Source of the DNA: an uncultured Rhodospirillaceae bacterium
GTDB lineage: Bacteria; Pseudomonadota; Alphaproteobacteria; Rhodospirillales; UBA2165
Direction: 5' to 3'
DNA length: 64,000 nucleotides
Assembly: GCA_913020445.1 (NCBI GenBank)
Contig: CAJWAR010000013.1
Span: forward strand, 13,226 to 77,225
Shown here: piece by piece, positions 9,505 to 19,300 of the stretch
Layout: every line of letters starts with the position of its first letter
Position numbering within the stretch: position 1 is the first letter of the stretch
Notes under the pieces: generated by a model
The model's database searches: none
What the model saw: only the letters and a program-made list of their open reading frames with translations
Told to the model about the DNA's origin: nothing
Position numbers and translations under genes: made by a program

Positions 9505-10461
9505 ATGTATCGGGCTGCTATCTTAGACGACTATCAGAGCGCTGCGCCGGGATTGGCGGATTGGGACGAGCTTAAAGATCAGGTCGAGTTTGTTTTCTTC
9601 GATGATCATCTTGATGACGAAGATGACGTCGCTGTGCGGCTCAATGAATTTGACATTGTCCTGATGAACCGCGAGCGCACGCCGTTTTTAAAATCACAGC
9701 TTGATAAATTGCCCAACCTCAAACTATTGCTAACCAGCGGCAGGCGAAATTTCTCAATTGACGTGGCGGCGGCAATGGCAAATGGGGTGACCGTCTGTGG
9801 CACCGAAATGCTCGGCCACCCGACACCTGAATTGGCCTGGGGGCTCATTATCAGCCTGGCCCGTCAAATCCCGTTGGAAGACCGGTTGCTGCGTGAAGGC
9901 GGCTACTGGCAAACCACGGTCGGCATGGGTTTGCGGGAACGGACATTGGGGATCGTCGGGCTTGGCCGGCTGGGCACGCCGGTAGCCAAAATTGGTTTGG
10001 CTTTTGGTATGAAAGTGGTGGCCTGGAGTCCTAATTTGACCGCTGATCGGGCAGCCGAAGCCGGTGTCCAACGGGTGTCAAAAGAAGAGCTGTTTTCAAA
10101 TGCTGATTTTATTACGCTGCATATGCCGTTGAGTGACCGGTCACGGGGAATTGTCGGTGCGGTGGATCTCGCCAATATGAAATCAACCGCCTATCTCGTC
10201 AATACGTCGCGCGGACCGCTGGTCGATGAGGCCGCGCTCATTAGCGCACTGGAGACAAATGCGATTGCCGGGGCGGGGTTGGATGTTTTCGACATTGAGC
10301 CGTTACCGTTGGATCACGCCTTTCGCCGCCTGCCGAACACGATTTTAACCCCCCATTTGGGTTACGTCGTTGAAGATAATTATCGGCTTAGTTTTGCCCA
10401 GATGATCGAAAATATCGACGCCTGGATAAACGGCTCTCCGATCCGCGTGATGACGCCTTAA
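9505..10461 (+). CDS. D-isomer-specific 2-hydroxyacid dehydrogenase family protein
   Basis: GIVGLGRLG NAD fold, then ...NTSRGPLVDE...AGLDVF..EP... Confidence 0.85.
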   Translation: MYRAAILDDYQSAAPGLADWDELKDQVEFVFFDDHLDDEDDVAVRLNEFDIVLMNRERTPFLKSQLDKLPNLKLLLTSGRRNFSIDVAAAMANGVTVCGTEMLGHPTPELAWGLIISLARQIPLEDRLLREGGYWQTTVGMGLRERTLGIVGLGRLGTPVAKIGLAFGMKVVAWSPNLTADRAAEAGVQRVSKEELFSNADFITLHMPLSDRSRGIVGAVDLANMKSTAYLVNTSRGPLVDEAALISALETNAIAGAGLDVFDIEPLPLDHAFRRLPNTILTPHLGYVVEDNYRLSFAQMIENIDAWINGSPIRVMTP

Positions 10462-10470
10462 ACGGCGGAG

Positions 10471-11160
10471 CTAAAGTTCTGGCGGGGCTAATGTTTGCCA
10501 ATTCTCAGCCAAGTTCAGCGGAGCGTCGGTTTTTTCTTGCAGTTCTTCAAAGGTTATACCGGCAGCAATTTCCCGTGTCACGAAACCTGTCTCGGTTATG
10601 TCAATGACGGCCATATCAGTAAACACGGTGCGGACTACACCGAAGCCAGTGAGGGGGTAGGTACATTCGCGCATAAGTTTCGGCTCGCCAGTTTTGGTGC
10701 AGTGATCCATCATTACGAAAATACGCTTGGCGCCGACCGCCAAATCCATCGCGCCGCCAACGCCTGGTGGTTTTGACGTATCGAGGGTCGCCCAATTGGC
10801 GAGATCGCCGTTTTCAGCTACCTGATAAGCGCCGAGAACACAGATATCGATGTGACCGCCGCGAATCATAACAAATGAATCTGTATGACTAAAATAACTG
10901 CCACCCGGCAGCAGCGTCACCGGTTTTTTTCCGGCATTAATCAGATTGCCGTCTTCTTGTCCGGCTGCTGGGGCCTCACCCATACCCAAGATGCCGTTTT
11001 CGCTGTGGAACACAATCTCCCGGTCTGAAGGGACGAAATTGGCCACCATCTCAGGGCTGCCGATGCCAAGATTAACATAACTGCCGTCGCCAATTTCCTG
11101 GGCAATGCGCCAGGCAACTTGCGGACGGGTTAGACCAACTTTTTCGAGTACCGCTGTCAT
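10471..11160 (-). CDS. 3-oxoacid CoA-transferase subunit B
   Basis: YVNLGIGSPEMVANFVP...HSENGILGMG motif, directly downstream of subunit A. Confidence 0.88.
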   Translation of the reverse strand: MTAVLEKVGLTRPQVAWRIAQEIGDGSYVNLGIGSPEMVANFVPSDREIVFHSENGILGMGEAPAAGQEDGNLINAGKKPVTLLPGGSYFSHTDSFVMIRGGHIDICVLGAYQVAENGDLANWATLDTSKPPGVGGAMDLAVGAKRIFVMMDHCTKTGEPKLMRECTYPLTGFGVVRTVFTDMAVIDITETGFVTREIAAGITFEELQEKTDAPLNLAENWQTLAPPEL

Positions 11161-11187
11161 ATCAATTTTTCCAATTTATCGCTTTGT

Positions 11188-11853
11188 TTAACCATTATGC
11201 ACAAACACCCGGTTAACAAAAATACCTGGTGTGATAATAAGTTCCGGATCGAGTTCGCCGAGGTCTACGATTTCGTCCACTTGAACGATTGTCAATGTTG
11301 CCGCCATCGCCATTACCGGGCCAAAATTACGGGCTGATTTATCGTAAACAATGTTACCCCAACGGTCGGCTTGGCTGGCGCGAATGAGCGCGACATCGCC
11401 TTTAAGCGGATATTCAAGAACATGTTCAACGCTGTTAATTTTCCGGCTTTCTTTGCTTTTGCTAAGGTCGGTGCACGCCGAGGTTGGCGTAAAAAAGCCG
11501 CCAATTCCAGCGCCGGCAGCGCGCATTCGTTCGCTCAATGTACCTTGCGGGACAATCTCGAGCGCAACCTCGCCAGCCTGATAGCGATCTTGAAACACCA
11601 CTGATCCGGCACTGATCGGATAAGAGCAAATGATGCGTGATACCTTACCTGCGGCGATCAAAGCAGCCAAACCGCAATTTCCCTCTCCGGCATTGTTCGA
11701 GACAATGGTGAGATTTTTGGCTTCGGTTTCAATCAGCGCTTCCAGCAGATCGACCGGCGCACCGGCATCGCCAAAGCCACTGCTCAGAATTATTGCGCCG
11801 TTTTGGATATTCGCGACGGCGGCGGCAATATTGTCCACGCGTTTATCAATCAT
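11188..11853 (-). CDS. 3-oxoacid CoA-transferase subunit A
   Basis: MIDKRVDNIAAAVANIQNGAIILSSGFG... The ORF-track start at 11931 is a TTG that overlaps the Sel1 gene, so I prefer the ATG at 11853. Confidence 0.85.
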   Translation of the reverse strand: MIDKRVDNIAAAVANIQNGAIILSSGFGDAGAPVDLLEALIETEAKNLTIVSNNAGEGNCGLAALIAAGKVSRIICSYPISAGSVVFQDRYQAGEVALEIVPQGTLSERMRAAGAGIGGFFTPTSACTDLSKSKESRKINSVEHVLEYPLKGDVALIRASQADRWGNIVYDKSARNFGPVMAMAATLTIVQVDEIVDLGELDPELIITPGIFVNRVFVHNG

Positions 11854-11927
11854 GGGTGTTGAATAAGTGGCTAGGCGGGACTGGTCAATCGGATAGATCG
11901 GAGAAACAGAATTTGTCCGCTGTTTGG

Positions 11928-12938
11928 TCAACTGTTAGTTTTTGACTTCTTTGACGTTAATTTGTTTAGGCGGGCGGCAGCTCGGGCGTAATTTCGTTTC
12001 GCCGAAAGCTGGTACCATTTGATAGCCTCGGCTCGATTTTTTGGCACTCCTGTGCCGGTTTCATGCAATTGCCCCAGCATATAGGGCGCGATACGGTGGC
12101 CTTTTTTCGAACTTTCGGTGTAAAGCCGGATCGCCTCTTTAATATTTTTGGTCGTTCCCAATCCCAATTGATTCAATATACCAGCGCCGTAAAATGCGGA
12201 GGCGTATTTTTGATCCATCGCAAAACTATACCACCGCATCGCTTTTTCGTAGTCACGTTTAACCCCTTTGCCTTTATGATACAGCAGACCAAGTGTGTAT
12301 TGAGCACGGCCATATCGTTTCAATGCTGCGCGGCGATATAATTTAAATGCCTCATTTATATCTTTTTTGACGCCGCGGCCTTTTTCATAAAGCCGGCCAA
12401 GATCATAGAGCGATTTGGCATGACCCGATTCTTCGCCGGCCTTGCGCAACAGCCGGGCAGCTTCCTTATTGCTTTTTTTAACTCCAAGGCCGTAGCGATG
12501 CAGTAAGGCGAGACTGTTCATGGCAAGCGCATGCTTGGCAGATGCTTTGCGAAACCAAAAGGCTGCTTTGACGTAGTCTTGTCTGGTGCCTAGGCCGTCC
12601 CGGTACATTGTAGCAAGGTTGTTTTGCGCGCCAGCATGATCTTGTTTGGCTGCTTTTTCGTACCAGCTGCGGGCGAGACGAAAACTTACCGGCCGCCCCC
12701 GGCCACGATGAAAGAGCAGTGCCAAGGCATACTGAGATGCTGGATGGCCTTTTCTGGCATCGGCTGAGAATTCGCTAAAGGCTTTTTTGTAATCCTTATT
12801 TTTGACTGCTTCTAGGCCGGCCTTGTAGTCCGCATGAGCTGTATGAGCGACCAGCCACAAGGATACAAAAGCTGCAAAAAATCCCATAATTTTAAGAGAT
12901 TTAATCACAATTTGCCCCTTCTTGGGTGCTGAAATCAT
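11928..12938 (-). CDS. Secreted Sel1-like repeat (SLR) protein
   Basis: N-terminal signal-like FFAAFVSLWLVAHTAHA, followed by about 8 repeats of the form A..WY.KAA.QG...AQ..LG.(L/M)Y..G.GV..D...A. It is divergent from the giant adhesin gene. Confidence 0.85.
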   Translation of the reverse strand: MISAPKKGQIVIKSLKIMGFFAAFVSLWLVAHTAHADYKAGLEAVKNKDYKKAFSEFSADARKGHPASQYALALLFHRGRGRPVSFRLARSWYEKAAKQDHAGAQNNLATMYRDGLGTRQDYVKAAFWFRKASAKHALAMNSLALLHRYGLGVKKSNKEAARLLRKAGEESGHAKSLYDLGRLYEKGRGVKKDINEAFKLYRRAALKRYGRAQYTLGLLYHKGKGVKRDYEKAMRWYSFAMDQKYASAFYGAGILNQLGLGTTKNIKEAIRLYTESSKKGHRIAPYMLGQLHETGTGVPKNRAEAIKWYQLSAKRNYARAAARLNKLTSKKSKTNS

Positions 12939-13137
12939 AATAGCAAAATAGTTTAGTATGATGGCTAATCAAGTTATTGGTTTTGTTTTCCTACCGTTTA
13001 TTGGGGTAATTATACCATACGTAGTAACCTCTATAAATATGTCTACTCGTGCCGTTCAGTCGATCTAATTACCCCTAAAAACTAAGAATAATCGGCCGGG
13101 AAATATAGCGGAAAACCGAAATAAAATAGATGGTTAG

Positions 13138-13155
13138 CTGTGATGGCCATCACAG
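13138..13155. promoter_or_regulatory. Perfect 18-bp palindrome upstream of the adhesin gene (candidate operator)
   Basis: CTGTGATGG|CCATCACAG, about 170 bp upstream of ATG 13322. A second palindrome, CCTGAAA-T-TTTCAGG, lies at 13263..13277. Confidence 0.4.
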
Positions 13156-13321
13156 AACTCTTTACCGCGCCTGCCTAGTATGACAACCGGTTGTTAATGC
13201 CTATTGCCCAACGACACACGATAAATTGTTCATCGTTTAGAAGTTTTCTGGTGGAGCTTAATCCTGAAATTTTCAGGAGAATCTTTGAAGTTGGGTCAGG
13301 TTTATTTAGAGGGGGCCGATT

Positions 13322-16300
13322 ATGGCTGATGAAACACTCACTGGTGCAGGTGGTCGCGACAATTTGAATATTGGAGCAGACGGCGAAGATAATGCACCTG
13401 AATCTTTTCTTGTTGAGGCCAATTCGAGCGATGCGGTAACGCTGCCGGATGGTTTTAACTTTGGTGATGCAAAATTTGAGCCTTCCGGACCAGACCTCGT
13501 TCTGACATCGCCGGATGGCAAACAAGTTGTTATCCAGGACTACTACGAACAAGATCCTCCCCCCGATCTGCATACCCCCGTAGGCGGCGAATTGGCTGGC
13601 TCCACTGCCGTTCGTCTGGCCCAGACAAATGCTCCGACGCAAGGTCAATTTGCGCAGGCTGCCCCCTCAGCCGATGCCCAGCCTATTGGCCAGGTCGAAA
13701 GTGTTTCCGGCACGGTGACTGCCATCCGTGCCGATGGTACGCGTGTTGAACTGCAGGTTGGTGATCCGGTTTTCCAAGGTGATGTTATGGAATCGGGAGC
13801 CAATGGCGCCGTAGGTGTCGTGCTGGCTGATGAAACCACTTTCTCGATGGCTGAAAACGGCCGCATGGTACTGGACGAAATGGTCTACGATCCGGGTACC
13901 CAGGAAGGCAACATTTCGATGTCGGTTCTCAAAGGCGTGTTTACCTTTGTGTCCGGTCAGGTTGCCAAGGTTGACCCCGACGCCATGGTTCTTAAAACAC
14001 CGGTGGCGACGATCGGTATTCGTGGTACGCAGGTTGGTATTGATCTAAGTGGTGAAGATCCCAACGGTATGAAAGTCGTTTTGATGGAAGAATCAGACGG
14101 CTTTGTCGGCGAAGTTGTGATTGCCAATAACGCTGGCATTCAGATTCTGAACCTGCCGGATCAAGGCGCCAGCGTTGCTAGTTCTAACACTGCGCCTTCA
14201 GAACCGCGTGTTTATAATCGCGCAGAAATTTCCGAATCTTTCCGTAGCGCGTTGGAATCACTGCCGACCACAGTTGGCACTGGTAACAATTATGGTGCCG
14301 ATGATCAGGAAAAAGAAGAGGAAGAACAGGAAGAACAGGAAGAACAGGAAGAGGAAGAAGGCGGAGAAGAGCAGGCTGAAGGCGAAGAATCTGGAGAAGA
14401 TGAGTTAGCCGAAGGCGAAGAAGGTGAGGGCGAAGGCGAAGAAGATTTAGATGACTTTGAAACCGCTGCCGGCGAAGGAGAAGAAGAGATAACCGACGAA
14501 GAAGCCGCTGCTGCCGCTGCAGCTGCACAGGCTGCTGCCGAAGCCGCTGCTGCCGAAGCTGCCGCCGCCGAAGCTGCTGCCGAAGCTGCCGCCGCCGCCG
14601 AGGCTGCCGCCGAAGCCGCTGCTCAAGCTGCCGCCGATGCCGCTGCCCAAGCTGCCGCCGAAGCTGCCGCCAGGGCCGCCGCCGCCGCCGCTGCTGCCGA
14701 AGCAGCCCGGTTAAAGGCCATTCAGGATGCTATTGATGCGGAAAATGCCGTGGCGGATACAGCTACGGTCTCGATTGAAGCTGCTGCCGGTGATGAAGAT
14801 GGAGAAATTGCGCTCGCCATCAGCGCCGGTATATCCGGATCTTCAACTGATGAAGTTCAAAGCATCAATATCACTAATATTCCGGATGGTTCGACACTGA
14901 CCTATCAAGATGCAAGTGGTGCCGATCAAACAATCTCAATTAGCGACGGTAGGGCCACACTTTCGCCAGCTCAATTGAGCGGCTTATCGATTACCCCGCC
15001 CTTGGATGAAAGTGCTGACTTTGCGCTATCGGTAAGCGCAACAAGTGTTGATCCGGACTCCGGCGTAACTGCGACAAGTGGTTCGGTTGGATTGGGAGTT
15101 ACCGTTGATGCGACAGTTGAGCCACCGGTTGTTGCTACAAATATTTCCATCGGCGACGAAGATACGGCAATTCCGGTCGATATCTCAATCGCCAATGTTG
15201 AAGCAGATGGCACCGTCACCAGCGTCACAATCAGCGGCATTCCGGAAGGCTCCGTCCTGATGAGCGGCGGTGAAGCGCATTCCTTAACTGGTCCTGATGC
15301 GAACGGATTTTATACTGCTGAAATCAGGCCTGACCAAGTCGATGGCCTGACCATTACGCCGCCGCAAGATGATGCGCACGATTTCTCGCTAAGCATTACC
15401 GCAACAGCAACGGATATTGATCCTGATATTATTGCCGAACATGCAGCGCTGGAAGTGGCCGCGACTGATGCAAGGGACGCCGCCGATGCAGCAAGAACGG
15501 CTGCTACTGAAGCACAAACCGCTGCCGATGATGCAGCAACCGTTTCAGAAGATGCTGCCACTGCATTGCAAGAAGCGATCGATAATGATGCACCTCAAGA
15601 AGAAATTGACGACTTGCAAGCAGCGGCGGACGCTGCTGCCGAAACGGCTACTGATTTGCAAACCGCGGCCGATACTGCAGATGAGCAGGCGACGGCGCTG
15701 GAAACGGCTGCCGACGAAGCCGAATCAGATGCTGCTGCATTGGCGCCAGCTGCCGCGGCCGCTACTGTGGTCGCCGCCGCTGAAGCTGCTCAAGTTGCTG
15801 CCGATGAAGCTGCTCAGGCAGCAGAGACGGCCGCCAGCGAACTTACCGTTGCCATCCAAGACGCCACTGATGCCTCTATTGCGGCTTCAGATGCTGCCTT
15901 AGCTTCAGCTGCAGCCGACGTTGCCTTGGCTGAAGCAATAGAAAATGAGGCTGACGAAGAAGAAATTGCCGAATTGCAATTGGCCGCTGATGCTGCAGCT
16001 GAGGCGGCTTTGGAAGCAGCCGCTACTGCCCAGGCGGCGGCCGATGCGGTTATTGATGCTCAAGCCAACAGTGAAAGCACCGCAACAGCTGCGACCAATG
16101 CGCAAGCTGTGGCCGATCTGGCCGCTGCCGATGCGGTCATCGCTGTCATCGAAGCCGATGAAGCGGAAGTTGACGGTTTGGTTACCAACACCAGTAAACC
16201 GATGGCGTTGGCTGTAACGGTCGATGCCACTGTTGATGCACCGGTTGTTACTCCGACCGCGGCGTCAGGCGATGAAGATACGGCAATCGATATCGATTTC

Positions 16301-19300
16301 ACGGCAACTGTTGATACCGAAGGTATTGCCGATGGCGAGTTAACGTCGGTAGAAATTAGTGGCATTCCAGTGGGTTCCGTTTTAACTGCTGATGGTACGT
16401 CGATGACGATTACCAACGGCAGTGTAACCTTGAACCCGGATCAGCTGGCTAATGTTCAGATTACCCCGCCCGAAGATGATGCCAATGATTTCACTGTACA
16501 GGTGAGAGCCACTGCAACGGATATCGATCCCGATTTGCTTATCGCCTCCGAAGATGCCGATGCGGCGCTGGCAGCTGCTATCACCGCTGAAGCAGACGCA
16601 ACAACTGCAGCCACTGCCGCCGCAGATGCCGCGACTGCTGCTGCTGATGCTGCCACTGCCGCCGCTGACGCCGCCGCCGAAGCCGCGACGATTGCCGCCG
16701 ACGCCGCGACGGCGCTCCAAGAAGCGATCGATAATGATGCGCCGCAGGAAGAAATTGATGCCTTGCAAATAGCCGCTGATGACGCCGAGGCAACTGCTGC
16801 TGAATTGCAAACCACTGCTGAAACTGCGGCACAGGCGAGTACCGATGCGGCGGATGCCGAAACTGCTGCTAATCAGGCATTGACTGATGCTCAAACAACT
16901 CTCAGTGAGGCTACCACCGCCGCCGCCGATGCTGCCGACGCGGTTACCAACGGCTATATTACCAACACCAGTGATCCGGTCGATCTCGACGTGACAGTAA
17001 GTGCGGTTGCCGATGTGCCGGACGTCACGGTGACTGCCGCTACAGGCGATGAAGATGCGGCGATCCCGTTGGATATTTCGGCCACCGGCGATTTCCCGGA
17101 TGATACGCTCGAGAGTTTTACCATCAGCGATATTCCGGCAGGTTCCGTGCTGATGAGCGGCGATACAGAAATAACCTTGACTGGTCCGGATTCAGAGACT
17201 GGTTTTTACAGTGCTGTGCTGTCGCCTGATCAAGTAACGGGTCTGACTATTACGCCACCTGCCGATGATGCCAATGATTTTGCCCTGCAGGTGAGTGCGA
17301 CGACATCTGACACTGATCCCGATACCAAAGATCAGGTTTTTGCCACCAGTGCACCAATTGCGTTAGCCGTTAGTGTTGCGGCCACGGTTGATGCGCCGGA
17401 TGTAGGTGTGACAGCGGCTGTCGGTGATGAAGATACCGCCATTGATATTGATTTCACGGCCTCCGTCGAAGCAACGGATGGTGACTTGCTGTCGGTTGCA
17501 ATCAGCGACATTCCAGTTGGCTCCGTTGTGACCGTTGATGGTACAGAGATGACGATTACAAACGGCACGGTTACCTTGACTCCAGATCAATTGGCGAATG
17601 TGCAAGTTACACCACCGCTAGATGACGCGGATGAATTTACATTGCAAGTTAGTGCGACGGCGACAGATACCGATCCCGATACCAGGATTGTGGTAACCAA
17701 CACCAGTGATCCGATTAATCTTGACGTCACGGTGAATGCCACGGGCGATGTTTCCGTTGATGTAAGAGATAATATAATTGACGAGGATTCGGGGCCGATG
17801 GTGCTGGATCTGACGGCGACAATCTCCGATATGGATGGTTCCGAGACACTTGCAGAAGTTGTCATTACTTTTGATGAAGTGCCGGAAGGTTTGGTCGTTA
17901 CTGGTGGCACCTTGGTCGGTAACGTTTTGACCATCCCAGCTGCCAATGTTGATTCGGTAACAATCGAAACACCTGAAAATTGGTATGGTGTTCTGGTCGG
18001 CTCAGCAATTGCCTACTCAAATGAAGGTGAAAGCTTATCCGACGGATTTACGATCACCATCAATGCGGTTGATGATGCACCAGAGGTAACGATCAATACC
18101 GGCGCGTCTATTGGCGAAGGCGAATTGGCAACAGTAACAGCCCAGATGCTGGATACCACCGATGTCGACACTTCTGATGACAATTTGACCTATACGGTAA
18201 GCGACAGTGGCACCGGCACGGTGCTGGTCGATGGCGTTGTGGCCACGACTTTCACCCAAGCTCAGTTGAATGCCGGCCTGGTGTCATATCAACATGATGG
18301 CACGGAAAATGAAGCAACCTCCTTCACCTTCACCGTAACCGATGGCACGACGATAGTTGGCCCGGAAACCTTCAACTTTGTCGTCAGCGACGGCAATATC
18401 GCACCGGTCGCTACCGACGATGTCGACACGGTTGGTGACGATATTGGTGATATTACCTCCGGCGACGTGTTGACCAACGATTTTGATCTTGATGGTGATG
18501 TCTTGAGCGTCACCCAGGTCGAATTTGAAGGCACGGTCTATACCTTCCCGGAAGGCGAAACCTCGCTCACCATCGAAGGAGATATCGGTACGCTGACCAT
18601 GAATAGCGACGGTACCTATGATTTCGTCAATAACGAAGGCATTAATGAAGGCACTGGTGAATTTGAATGGGCTGAAGGAACGCCGGATTGGGTTGATCCC
18701 TCAGAACAGCAGGAGCTTGATCCTGTTCAAGTCAACCAGGAAAATCTGACCATGCCGGAAGGTGGCGAATCCGTCACTGTGACTTTCCAAGGTGAAGCGG
18801 CCGGTTACCACAATGTGGTTGGTTTCTACAAAATTGATGCCGACGGCAATCCCTATGAACCACAGATTGCCTGGGACGACGCGTCACAGCAGGGCAGCGG
18901 CGGCGACTTAATTCCAGGCGAGTCTCAATTTACCATTGATGATTTGGGACCCGGCGAAAGTTTTGGTTTCTTTATCATTAAAAATGGCGCTAACGAATAC
19001 CCGTGGATCGACGACGTTCCCGATAACCATTACTTCGAGTTTAGTGCCGACGGTGAGTTGATCGAATACAACGAGGCAGGAAATCCGGTTGGTCAATCCG
19101 AAGGCGATGGCGACGATGATGACAACGAAGGCCATAATATCGACGTCGACGATATCTTTCATGCCGTTGACAACAATCTGACTGACAGTCTTTTAAATAC
19201 CGATAACATCACTCATACCAATTCCGGTATTGATCCCGAAACTGGTGATTTGATGATCGGTTTCGAAGACCTCTATGGCGGTGGCGACGAAGATTATAAC

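Noticed and set aside
13175-13648. 157-aa minus-strand ORF spanning the adhesin promoter and start.
   Set aside because: It overlaps the adhesin RBS and start, has no RBS of its own, and its translation is low-complexity with no recognisable motif.
14300-16950. Short periodic DNA repeats (GAAGAACAG x3, GCTGCCGAA-type) that could be mistaken for a CRISPR or VNTR locus.
   Set aside because: They have no spacer/repeat architecture. They are in frame within the adhesin ORF and encode poly-E and poly-A/E tracts.
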